Shown one piece after another: positions 9,704-18,097 of a DNA stretch of 64,000 bases. How positions within the stretch are numbered: position 1 is the stretch's first letter; every line of letters begins with the position of its first letter. Source of the stretch: an uncultured Christensenella sp. (GTDB lineage: Bacteria; Bacillota; Clostridia; Christensenellales; UBA1242); assembly GCA_964434145.1 (NCBI GenBank), contig CAYSUG010000002.1:1063-65062 (forward strand), written 5' to 3'. The notes below the pieces were generated by a model that was given only the letters and a program-made list of their open reading frames with translations, was not told where the DNA came from and did no database searches. Both the position numbers and the translations under genes were made by a program.

Positions 9704-11143
9704 CTAATTTGCCGTAATATTTCGTCGTAATCTACGTATTAACTTTTCCTTATTCTTCTGCACAGCTGTCTTTATTTCCGTCACTTTTGGCACATCGGGC
9801 CTACTCATTATATAGTATCTTAGTTCGTCTAGGCAGTGGTCATCCGTCTTGATAGGTACATCATTGTCCGACCAATAATATGATTTGAACTCCCTTATCA
9901 TATTCTTGCAATTACGAAATATATACAGCCTAGTCTTACCCTCGCCATTCTTTAGATATTGCTTTACCTTACTAATGCCAGAGAATAGATCTTTGTTAAC
10001 CTTGGGATTGACCAAGATGTCTTGCTCATAGAATAGCTCTGTCACACTCTTAACAGACGCTAGAGTCTTCTGATTGGCAGCACTATCTATCAGTGCCTCT
10101 ATCTTGCCGCCATAGCCTGTCTTCCAACCCAACTTAGCACTAATCTCTTTTATCTTGTTAGCATGATGAACTATATCCCGCTCCGCCTCGTAATGTTCTG
10201 CAATAACATATACATTGCCATCATAATCTACCGCATACCAGTGACAGCTCAATGGGTTATTTAAGCCTGGGTCAATGCTAATATTATCATACCACTCCCT
10301 TGGCACATCGAATGGGTCTATCACATGGATATTCTCGTCGAACTCGCCATACACACGCCCACCAAAGCCCGCAAAATTGCCATACCGCCTAGAATCCAGC
10401 TCGTCATACGCCAGAGTCTTGGTCAGTTTATCTATCTCTTCCTTGTCCAGATATGGATTATCAGCCCACTCCATCTGCTGATACCATATATCTGGGTCAT
10501 TCTGATTATTGAGATATATCTGCTCGTACACCCATGTCAACCCCTTTAACGGTGTCATCGTGCCATATAGTATACCTTTCTTGTCTATCACTCGCATCTT
10601 GCATTCTGTATATATATCTAGCGGAGGCTCTTCGTCAAACCATACGTAGTCTAGGCTAGTACCTTGGAATTTTTCTCTGCCCTGATCACAGCTCTTGAAT
10701 CCAATCCTAGACAACCCACCATGAATATTTCGCACAATGATTGTATCTATCACACCATACTCGCACGCAGACTTCTTGCCAGACGCCATGATTATATCTT
10801 CTATCCAATCTTTGTTAAGATAATGTAGTATTTTTTTCTGGGCAACGTCACGCTGGACTTGGGTACTAAGGGACACTACCCATCCGTCCATGCTAGTGGT
10901 AACATTTCTATACGGATGATTACCACGAGCCAGCCACACTGTCTCTACCGCACCACACTCTGTCTTGCCACTTCGGTTCCCACCAAATACCCATCTGTTA
11001 CTATGCATATCTCTATGGAACGCAAGTTGCTTGTGGTGTACGATATCACCAGTATTGTAATTCATTAGATTCTTGTTACCTAATCTAGAGAATATTTCTC
11101 TTTCTATTTTTCTCAAATTTATCGCTATCTCACTCTTTGTCAC
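9704..11143 (-). CDS. terL: Terminase large subunit
   Basis: 479 aa with Walker A GGNRSGKT, Walker B/catalytic LDYVWFDEE and a C-terminal RNaseH-like nuclease region (…DSAANQ…TDDHCLDELRY). GTG start with SD AAGGAGAGG. Confidence 0.9.
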   Translation of the reverse strand: MTKSEIAINLRKIEREIFSRLGNKNLMNYNTGDIVHHKQLAFHRDMHSNRWVFGGNRSGKTECGAVETVWLARGNHPYRNVTTSMDGWVVSLSTQVQRDVAQKKILHYLNKDWIEDIIMASGKKSACEYGVIDTIIVRNIHGGLSRIGFKSCDQGREKFQGTSLDYVWFDEEPPLDIYTECKMRVIDKKGILYGTMTPLKGLTWVYEQIYLNNQNDPDIWYQQMEWADNPYLDKEEIDKLTKTLAYDELDSRRYGNFAGFGGRVYGEFDENIHVIDPFDVPREWYDNISIDPGLNNPLSCHWYAVDYDGNVYVIAEHYEAERDIVHHANKIKEISAKLGWKTGYGGKIEALIDSAANQKTLASVKSVTELFYEQDILVNPKVNKDLFSGISKVKQYLKNGEGKTRLYIFRNCKNMIREFKSYYWSDNDVPIKTDDHCLDELRYYIMSRPDVPKVTEIKTAVQKNKEKLIRRLRRNITAN

Positions 11144-11258
11144 TTGCCTCTCCTTTTATTTTCCAAAATTAGCATTTTTTCGCTATATTTAGCTATTAAA
11201 TCGCATATTTGAATAGTACTAAATAGTGTATTATTATTTAATAAATAGAGGATACTGT

Positions 11259-12017
11259 ATGAGAAGAACTTATGCCAAAATAATCATTGCCATAGCCATG
11301 CTGCTACTTAGTCTATTCCCCCTACAATACGTATGTGCTACATCTGGATACGCTCGTATTACTAGACCAATGACATATCTGTATATACACGCCACTAGCG
11401 AAATAGAGAATAATGTCATATGCTATCTAGAAGAATCGTACTTCGTAGAGATAACACTAGACTACAACTCTGACTTCTATAAGGTAAATTATAACGGCAT
11501 TAGCGGCTATGTGCAGAAAAATAGTGTCACTCCTATCATTGGCACACCTATCAATCCATATCCCACCCCTTCTATGACCACCATTGATACCAAATGCTAT
11601 CTGCGCTCATCTCCCACCACTGCAGTAGACAATATCGTCACTGTCGTGCCAGAGAGCTGCACTGACCTACACTACATTGGCAAACTATTTGGCGAGGAAG
11701 CCATAGATTACCAAGGAAAATTATGGTACTATGTATCATATTTTGGCGTCAATGGCTACATCTATAGCCAGTATGTGTATACTATAGGCAATATTGCTAT
11801 GAATAGCGAAGTCTTTGATGCAACCTCTGGCAATTTAGCAAAAAATCCCACACCGCTTAGTATTATGGAGTGTGGAATAATCATTGCTATATTATGTATC
11901 CCAGCCATCGCCATAGTGATATTGATGTATAGAACACCAAAGGCAGCGAAGGAGTCTAAGAAAGTAACTCGAAAGATACCAAAGCAGAAAAAGATAGACT
12001 ATGATGAATTGCTCTAG
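11259..12017 (+). CDS. Membrane-anchored tandem SH3b-domain protein
   Basis: Start taken at the ATG at 11259 (SD AGAGGA). Signal peptide MRRTYAKIIIAIAMLLLSLFPLQYVCA, two SH3b-like units (…YKVNYNGISGYVQKNSV; …VSYFGVNGYIYSQYV), a C-terminal TM and a lysine-rich tail. It is antisense to the surrounding phage genes. Confidence 0.65.
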   Translation: MRRTYAKIIIAIAMLLLSLFPLQYVCATSGYARITRPMTYLYIHATSEIENNVICYLEESYFVEITLDYNSDFYKVNYNGISGYVQKNSVTPIIGTPINPYPTPSMTTIDTKCYLRSSPTTAVDNIVTVVPESCTDLHYIGKLFGEEAIDYQGKLWYYVSYFGVNGYIYSQYVYTIGNIAMNSEVFDATSGNLAKNPTPLSIMECGIIIAILCIPAIAIVILMYRTPKAAKESKKVTRKIPKQKKIDYDELL

Positions 12018-12550
12018 ACAGCCTTCAGTTCTTTCAATGCCTTGAAAATGCTGTTATTTGCTTCCTTCCTATCCTCTATTATTAACTCTTCGCCCGTCCT
12101 TGATGCCTGGAAGTTATATATATCCATTAACCACGATTCCTCTTTGTAATTGTCTAGTAGATATTTCTTAGTACATTTGCTAGCCAATGCCTTAGCTATG
12201 TCTTCTATGGCTCTTTTTTTTCTACGGAACACTGTCCTAAGGCTGACATCTAACGTCTCTGCACATTCTTCTAAATTAAGTCCGTCTATATAAAGCAGAC
12301 TAACTATCTCCAATTCTTTATGCGGCAGAGTCGCCATACACTCCTCTATTATCACTTTCAGATTAGTTAGATTTGCCTTCTTGTCATTATATTCTATTAA
12401 CCGCTCTATTTGCGCCATAGTGTTATAACCAGACTTTCGATTATAATACATAGAGTTTAGGCTGATCTGCCTCACCATATTGTCTATACGCTCCACAACC
12501 AACCCAAGTAGCCTATAACTGATTAATAATGTTTTACTCCAATTTTCCAT
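12014..12550 (-). CDS. Sigma-70 region-4-type HTH regulator (phage late-gene activator candidate)
   Basis: LPHKELEIVSLLYIDGLNLEECAETLDVSLRTVFRRKKRAIEDI is a sigma-70 region 4 / ECF-like HTH. The start is probably the fourth Met (12550), because AAGGAG abuts the first ATG at 12559. Confidence 0.55.
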   Translation of the reverse strand: MENWSKTLLISYRLLGLVVERIDNMVRQISLNSMYYNRKSGYNTMAQIERLIEYNDKKANLTNLKVIIEECMATLPHKELEIVSLLYIDGLNLEECAETLDVSLRTVFRRKKRAIEDIAKALASKCTKKYLLDNYKEESWLMDIYNFQASRTGEELIIEDRKEANNSIFKALKELKAV

Positions 12551-12598
12551 TATCATCATCTCCTTAATTTTTTACGTTTTTTTTTAGTGCACATAATC

Positions 12599-12627
12599 AG
12601 TATAATTTGTTAATTACTATTTGTCAA
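12599..12627 (-). promoter_or_regulatory. Sigma-A-type promoter for the sigma-like regulator
   Basis: Minus strand reads TTGACA - 17 nt - TATACT, about 45 nt upstream of the start codon. Confidence 0.5.
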
Positions 12628-12744
12628 AATTTTGTGACACTTTTGTACAATTTTATATTTTTTTGTACGAAAATGTTCAAAATTGTCGAAATTTGTAACT
12701 AGATTGTGTCTTGAGGCGAGGCTTGTTCGAATATTTATCGAACA
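12621..12744. promoter_or_regulatory. Helically phased TTGT-motif array plus 7-bp palindrome (operator / bent-DNA region)
   Basis: TTGT(N)A motifs begin at 12621, 12632, 12643, 12663, 12674, 12683, 12693 and 12704, a spacing of 10-11 bp or 20 bp. An exact Spo0A-box heptamer TGTCGAA lies at 12684-12690. The palindrome TGTTCGA-N7-TCGAACA lies at 12724-12744. Confidence 0.45.
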
Positions 12745-12855
12745 TTTGTTTTAATATACGCCATAAAAATATTTTTGACAAGTATTTCATAACAAATTTA
12801 TGAAAAATTTTTGAAATTTTTTGTCGAGAAAGTTGTTCTTTTGAAAATATTTATT

Positions 12856-12884
12856 TTGTTATGATATATATTATTTGTTATAAT
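12856..12884 (+). promoter_or_regulatory. Promoter of the NHL/SH3b protein gene
   Basis: TTGTTA - 17 nt - TATAAT with an extended -10 TG (TGTTATAAT), 25 nt upstream of the ATG at 12910. Confidence 0.5.
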
Positions 12885-12909
12885 GTAGAAATAAGGATGA
12901 AAATAGAGA

Positions 12910-15321
12910 ATGAAAAAATTTTTTGGAAAATTTCTAATTTTAATATGTCTAATGATTTGTTGCTTTGCCTCACCTAATGTAGCCAAGGCAGATTATTCTT
13001 TTGATAACACATTGATATTCACAGACTATAACGACCAAGTCAGCTTCTATGCAGACCTTACAGGCATTAGTGAGTTTGCCATCAATGAGAAGTACATATC
13101 GTACGCTATAGATAATTATGTGTATATATTGAATAAGACAACTAAGCATACTTTTACTCTGCCAGACAATATATCTTTACCTAGCGTAGACAATCTGTAT
13201 ATGACCAAACATTATATATTTGTAGTCAGCGGGACAGACATATATTCTTATCATATGGAATCACGTGCCTTGTCTAAGATATATATTGACGCGACTAAGA
13301 CCACAATACTTGGTGGATATATAGATTATTCTGTAGCAGAATTTACAGACAGTATAGTAATAGCAGCAATTACGGATTCAACTTTTTCTGCATATTTCTT
13401 TAATAGTGATACAATGAAATATACATCTAGCTACACTAACACTGCCCTAAATAATGAGATAACCAACACTGGATATTCGCTACTAAATGTAGCCTCAACC
13501 GCAACAACAGCATACATTATTAACAATTCTGCTGTTGCTGACGAGAACAGCCTATGGAAGGTAGATTATTCTAACAGCAACTTGTGCTCCAGAGCAATGT
13601 TCACCAAGCCTAATATAGAGACACTGGTGCCATATACATACACTGATGCAGCTATGGGCACGACTAGGGATTATCTGATAGCAATAGACACCAACAATGC
13701 TATCAATATCCACAGAACAGACATTACAGAATATGTGGGCAATGAAGAATATGCAGACGATGTCATTACTGGCAATACGACCGATTCTAGATTCGTTGTT
13801 AACGACCTGTCTACACCAGAAGATATCACTATATCCAATGGCATGGTGTGGGTGTCAGATAGCGGAACGAAATGTATACAGAGTTTTGATTTCGCTGTAG
13901 TATCAGGCAAGGCAACAATTACCGGCAATGAGATTGTACTAGCTGGCGAATGTGGTGAGGTAGGCAGATTCAATAGGAATTCTAATATAGAATATATGAA
14001 CGGCACAATCGTCGTGTCTGACGCCAATAACAGAAGAGTACAGATAATCAACGATACTATTACTAGTTATGACAAGAATATCCTAGGAACTGATGTAGAC
14101 CAGCTGGACAATCTAACACAGGCGTATCAAGTAGGTAATGTAATATACTTTATGTCATACACAAAACTAGGCAAGCAAAATATCTTCAGTTACGATATTA
14201 CTACCGATGATCTAGATCTAAAGGCACATAATGCAACAAAGGTATTGGACTCTACCATTAGTGGAACTACCATATATATGGTAGCTAGCAACGGAATATT
14301 TATCCTTAATACTGCTAACGGCTTGATATCCCCTATCCTCAATGCAACATTTGCAGATGATAGTCATATAGCATATATAACCAATGACTGCATAGCAATT
14401 ACAGAAGGCCAGAATGTGTCATTCTACTCTGTCAGTGGCACACATGCCACCAAGTCAAATAGTGTGACCATATCACGCAATATCACAGACATTGTATCCA
14501 GCGGCAGAACACTATATATCCTTGACAACGCAACCAAGAGCATATTCAGCTACACTATAGACACACAATACAATCTAGCGGACGAGAAGACTCTGCCATA
14601 CACCAATATTGATGTAGACTACTATTCGATTACTATAGATGACAAGACTGGCATCATATATGTTTTTGATAATAAATCATGCCGTATTGACAGAATAATT
14701 AATCCTACATTCAATTTCGTACATAATAGTGGCATATATCAGGTCAACAACAAAAATGTCAGTATATATGCTAGACCATATTATCTTAATGGAATAGATA
14801 CTCCTAATATCATAGACAAACTAGATGTCAATACTAGGATCACAGTGTATTCCAAGACCAGCATCAATTATGGCAATATAGAATATTACATTGTAGATCT
14901 AGGCAATAATACATATGGATACATTAATAGAGCTGATCTAACATATCTATCCGAAGTCATCAATTATGAGGTTATACACCCTAACGCTAGTATTCGTGCA
15001 TTTGATGATAGAGAATATATCAATGTATATAGCGAGGCATCATTTGATAGCGAGATTATAGCTACCGCACCAGTTGACACTAGGATATATATCCAAGATT
15101 ACGACTCGTCTAACGAATTCTCATTTGTTAGATTCTACGACAAGGATCAGAACTTGATCGAAGGATATATTGCAAATAATCTAGTCGATAGCGACGAGAT
15201 ATCCAGAGCACAAGTATTAGCGCTAATATTGGTAGGTTGTAGCATAGTCCTACTAATAGCGATACTAATAACTATTCATGTCATCAAAAAGCGTAGACTA
15301 AAGAAAATCGATGAAGAATAA
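12910..15321 (+). CDS. Secreted, membrane-anchored NHL-repeat beta-propeller protein with two C-terminal SH3b domains
   Basis: 803 aa. Signal peptide MKKFFGKFLILICLMICCFASPNVAKA. NHL-like blades (IVVSDANNRRVQIIN, VWVSDSGTKCIQSF, LYILDNATKSIFSY, IYVFDNKSCRIDRI). Two SH3b-like units, then a TM (LALILVGCSIVLLIAILITIHV) followed by KKRRLKK. Confidence 0.65.
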   Translation: MKKFFGKFLILICLMICCFASPNVAKADYSFDNTLIFTDYNDQVSFYADLTGISEFAINEKYISYAIDNYVYILNKTTKHTFTLPDNISLPSVDNLYMTKHYIFVVSGTDIYSYHMESRALSKIYIDATKTTILGGYIDYSVAEFTDSIVIAAITDSTFSAYFFNSDTMKYTSSYTNTALNNEITNTGYSLLNVASTATTAYIINNSAVADENSLWKVDYSNSNLCSRAMFTKPNIETLVPYTYTDAAMGTTRDYLIAIDTNNAINIHRTDITEYVGNEEYADDVITGNTTDSRFVVNDLSTPEDITISNGMVWVSDSGTKCIQSFDFAVVSGKATITGNEIVLAGECGEVGRFNRNSNIEYMNGTIVVSDANNRRVQIINDTITSYDKNILGTDVDQLDNLTQAYQVGNVIYFMSYTKLGKQNIFSYDITTDDLDLKAHNATKVLDSTISGTTIYMVASNGIFILNTANGLISPILNATFADDSHIAYITNDCIAITEGQNVSFYSVSGTHATKSNSVTISRNITDIVSSGRTLYILDNATKSIFSYTIDTQYNLADEKTLPYTNIDVDYYSITIDDKTGIIYVFDNKSCRIDRIINPTFNFVHNSGIYQVNNKNVSIYARPYYLNGIDTPNIIDKLDVNTRITVYSKTSINYGNIEYYIVDLGNNTYGYINRADLTYLSEVINYEVIHPNASIRAFDDREYINVYSEASFDSEIIATAPVDTRIYIQDYDSSNEFSFVRFYDKDQNLIEGYIANNLVDSDEISRAQVLALILVGCSIVLLIAILITIHVIKKRRLKKIDEE

Positions 15322-15324
15322 AAA

Positions 15325-15358
15325 AATGCTGTTATATTTTTTAACAGCATTCTTTCTT
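15325..15358 (+). terminator. Rho-independent terminator
   Basis: AATGCTGTTA / TAACAGCATT arms followed by a T-rich tract, directly after the 15321 stop. Confidence 0.7.
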
Positions 15359-15468
15359 TACATTACATCTCTAAGCTAGGCGGCTCTTTCTTAGAAAGTT
15401 TTTTTGCTAATCTGCTATCTGGATTAACCTCTGCAGCTGCTGTATAGAAAAAAAGCATAGAACATCAT

Positions 15469-16095
15469 CTATGCTTTTGTAGGAAATCTGTCCGATATCT
15501 CATTCCTATCTCTCATATGGTCCACCTTTGCATTTGTTAGTGCTGTAGGTAAGAAGAATCCATTAATCTTGTGAAAAGCAATCAAACCCTCTACAGTCTC
15601 TTCTTGCGCCGCCTTAATAGTCTTGCCATTGAAGATATTGTTAGGAACCTCTACCTTCATGTTTCCATCGCTGGTTATCACCACCTTCACAAATCCCATA
15701 TCATGCACTGGCAAATCTTCGTCATTAAGATATTTCCTCATAATATCTTTTGAGAATTGGCTAGTCAGATCTGTAATACCAGCCTTTTCCATTAACAGCT
15801 CTTGCACATCTTCTATGCTGACGGATTCATTGTCTGACATATATTCTGATATAGCAGAGCAATATACTGGCCTGTCCAGCCTATCTTTTACATCACTTAA
15901 CGCTGCCAAATTATCATATATCATGGCAGTTATCTTGTCATGTCCCAGCCACTCTGGATATCTGCAATCTATAATTTTGCCATCTGGAATAACATATAGC
16001 GACGCGTGCGTACCCACTCTAGTCATCCTTGTCATCTCTCTTCTTGCATAATCATCAAACACTATTGGTTCCAAATTCTTCGCTATTTCTGACAT
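15469..16095 (-). CDS. Hypothetical cytoplasmic protein
   Basis: 208-aa ORF with its own hairpin terminator (AAGCATAG…CTATGCTT plus a T-run) overlapping the stop. No recognisable motif. Confidence 0.5.
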   Translation of the reverse strand: MSEIAKNLEPIVFDDYARREMTRMTRVGTHASLYVIPDGKIIDCRYPEWLGHDKITAMIYDNLAALSDVKDRLDRPVYCSAISEYMSDNESVSIEDVQELLMEKAGITDLTSQFSKDIMRKYLNDEDLPVHDMGFVKVVITSDGNMKVEVPNNIFNGKTIKAAQEETVEGLIAFHKINGFFLPTALTNAKVDHMRDRNEISDRFPTKA

Positions 16096-16273
16096 CTTTT
16101 TTACCTCACTTTTATATAATGCTATTCTACCATATTTGTTAAATTATATCAATACTTATCCTAAAAAATAAGACATTTGATAAATAAATTTTGATATATC
16201 TGTTTTCTTACATCTCCTAATTTCTCATATTTCAATGTTTTTGTTAATACATATATTGCATGAGAGGTTCATA

Positions 16274-16984
16274 ATGATCAAGGTTATAAAAGCAAAAAAT
16301 ATATTTATTGTATTAGGAATCATTCTAGTCAGTCTTGCACTTAGCCTAGGTATTGTGGCAGTGACAGAAATAAATAATTCTCCATATCTACCCTACACCA
16401 TTGTACTAGATGCAGGACATGGCGGTAGGGATGCTGGCTGCAGTGGTGTCAATACGGGAGTGGCAGAATCAGATATCAATCTGGCAATAGTGAAGAAATT
16501 GCAGACTCTGCTAGAAGATTTTGGCTTCCGCGTAGTATTGACCAGAAGCGATAATAACGGGTTGTACGATGACAATGCAGACAACTACAAGGTCAGCGAC
16601 ATGTCCAGAAGGATTGAGATTATAGAGGCGACAAATGCAGACTTCGTGGTCAGCATTCACCAGAATTCTTATCCCAATTCCCACGCTATTGGTGCCCAAG
16701 CATTTTGGCAAGAAGATGATGAAAATAGCGAAAATCTAGCAAAAGCTATCCAAGAAATGCTAGTATCTCAGATTCCTAACGCCAGAACTGAGGCCAACTA
16801 TGGCGACTATTATATCTTAAAAGAATCCCAGACTCACGCAGTGCTGGTAGAGTGTGGATATCTAACCAATCCAGACGAAGAAATGTTGCTGACCCAAGAT
16901 TCTTACCAAGAGAAATTAGCCTACGCCATTACTTGCGGAATATTGAAATATTTCGATATCCCAGCGACCAGCAATATCGAATAA
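16274..16984 (+). CDS. cwlD: N-acetylmuramoyl-L-alanine amidase, CwlD-like (germination-specific type)
   Basis: N-terminal TM followed by an Amidase_3 core: LDAGHGGRDAG…, SIHQNS…, VLVECGYLTNPDEE. The architecture and length match CwlD. Start taken at the ATG at 16274 (SD GAGAGG). Confidence 0.75.
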   Translation: MIKVIKAKNIFIVLGIILVSLALSLGIVAVTEINNSPYLPYTIVLDAGHGGRDAGCSGVNTGVAESDINLAIVKKLQTLLEDFGFRVVLTRSDNNGLYDDNADNYKVSDMSRRIEIIEATNADFVVSIHQNSYPNSHAIGAQAFWQEDDENSENLAKAIQEMLVSQIPNARTEANYGDYYILKESQTHAVLVECGYLTNPDEEMLLTQDSYQEKLAYAITCGILKYFDIPATSNIE

Positions 16985-17007
16985 CAAAGAATGATACTCA
17001 TAATATA

Positions 17008-17037
17008 CAAAAAAGTGCGAAAATTCGCACTTTTTTA
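17008..17037. terminator. Bidirectional intrinsic terminator
   Basis: AAAAAAGTGCGA-AAAT-TCGCACTTTTTT lies between the convergent cwlD and HExxH genes. Confidence 0.7.
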
Positions 17038-17053
17038 CCATGTTGAATAACTA

Positions 17054-18097
17054 TTACTGTTTCTCTTGTTCTTGTTCTATCTCTGCCTTCCAATCTGTCC
17101 AGAATCTAAGTCTCTGCTCTTCGGTTATATCCCAACGCATTATGTGTGCACTTTTCCTTAACACATTCTTGCCGTCCTGCCATTGCGGCTCATTTGCATC
17201 CCCTATAGCACTCATCATCTTCCTTGCCAATTTTTCATCCGGAACAAGACATAGGACAGATAGCATATCCTCATATAAATTGCCATTCTCAGCCTTGAAC
17301 GCATCATACTCTGCTGCGTCCAACTTTGCAACTTTGTCCAATATGCATAATCCCTCTTCATCTTCTGCTGTCATAAAATGTGTCACTCTGCCAGCAATAT
17401 CTTTAATAGCACCATCCCAAGAATAGTTTATACCTTCAGTAATATTCATAATATCCTCTTCATGATCTAGTTCTTTTGCCAGTACTTTCTTCATATTCGC
17501 AATATTTCGTTTTGCCACAAGACTGAACCATTTTACTGAGTCTGCATAGTCTATAACTTGTTGCAACATTTCTACAGAATACTTTCGTGCATTTTGCTCT
17601 GCCTCGTCCAGAAAATATTTGCTATATTTGTATGCCTTGACATTCTTTTTGACTACCTCAACATAGCCATTATCTCCTTCGCTAACGATTCCTTGGTATA
17701 TCCCCTTGCCTGCGATAACCTTTGCCATAAAATTATCAAAATCTGACATATCTAGCGCTGTATGCCTAGATGCCGCTCTATCATATTCGCCATCTTCATT
17801 AGTTAGGTCATTCAGGTGATATCCTTCGTGCCACAACGCGATTAGATTCTCTGGATAATTATCAATCTTGGTAAATAACGAGTCCTTGACACATATTCTG
17901 TTAGTCTCTGGGTAGCAATTTGCATTGACTTCACTATCTTCATCCATTTTGCCTATTACCAAGGTTGATTGTTTCTCATATCCTACTTTATCAAATAATA
18001 GTGATAGCACCTTCATAATATGCGGCTCTCTGATATGCTTATTTGTTGTAGGATGATACTTGATTATATCTTTCATCAATTTCTCTTCTCTACTCAT
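17054..18097 (-). CDS. HExxH motif protein, paralogue B (putative zinc metallopeptidase-like)
   Basis: Contains LWHEGYHLNDL (HExxH) and a downstream FLDEAEQNARKYS. It aligns with the upstream gene along its whole length. The probable start is the ATG at 18097 (SD GAGAGG), overlapping the upstream stop as ATGAGTAG. No signal peptide. Confidence 0.55.
   Translation of the reverse strand: MSREEKLMKDIIKYHPTTNKHIREPHIMKVLSLLFDKVGYEKQSTLVIGKMDEDSEVNANCYPETNRICVKDSLFTKIDNYPENLIALWHEGYHLNDLTNEDGEYDRAASRHTALDMSDFDNFMAKVIAGKGIYQGIVSEGDNGYVEVVKKNVKAYKYSKYFLDEAEQNARKYSVEMLQQVIDYADSVKWFSLVAKRNIANMKKVLAKELDHEEDIMNITEGINYSWDGAIKDIAGRVTHFMTAEDEEGLCILDKVAKLDAAEYDAFKAENGNLYEDMLSVLCLVPDEKLARKMMSAIGDANEPQWQDGKNVLRKSAHIMRWDITEEQRLRFWTDWKAEIEQEQEKQ

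Noticed and set aside
110-11068. Plus-strand ORFs within the phage-like cluster (for example 110..355, 1179..1625, 2236..2613, 6241..6681, 7194..7595).
   Set aside because: All lie antisense within longer minus-strand genes that have SD sequences, coupled junctions and recognisable phage motifs. Their composition is low-complexity (Ser/Leu/Ile/Phe-rich), typical of shadow frames.
12798-12986. A 62-aa minus-strand ORF spanning the AT-rich intergenic region and the start of the 803-aa gene.
   Set aside because: It overlaps the promoter, SD and signal-peptide codons of the plus-strand gene. The sequence is Asn/Ile/Phe-rich and low-complexity, with no SD.
16274-16984. The Amidase_3 gene as the missing phage endolysin.
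   Set aside because: It has the CwlD-type layout of an N-terminal membrane anchor and a single catalytic domain, with no wall-binding repeats. It is on the opposite strand, 16 kb from the holins, and has its own promoter and terminator. It also fits the germination genes nearby.
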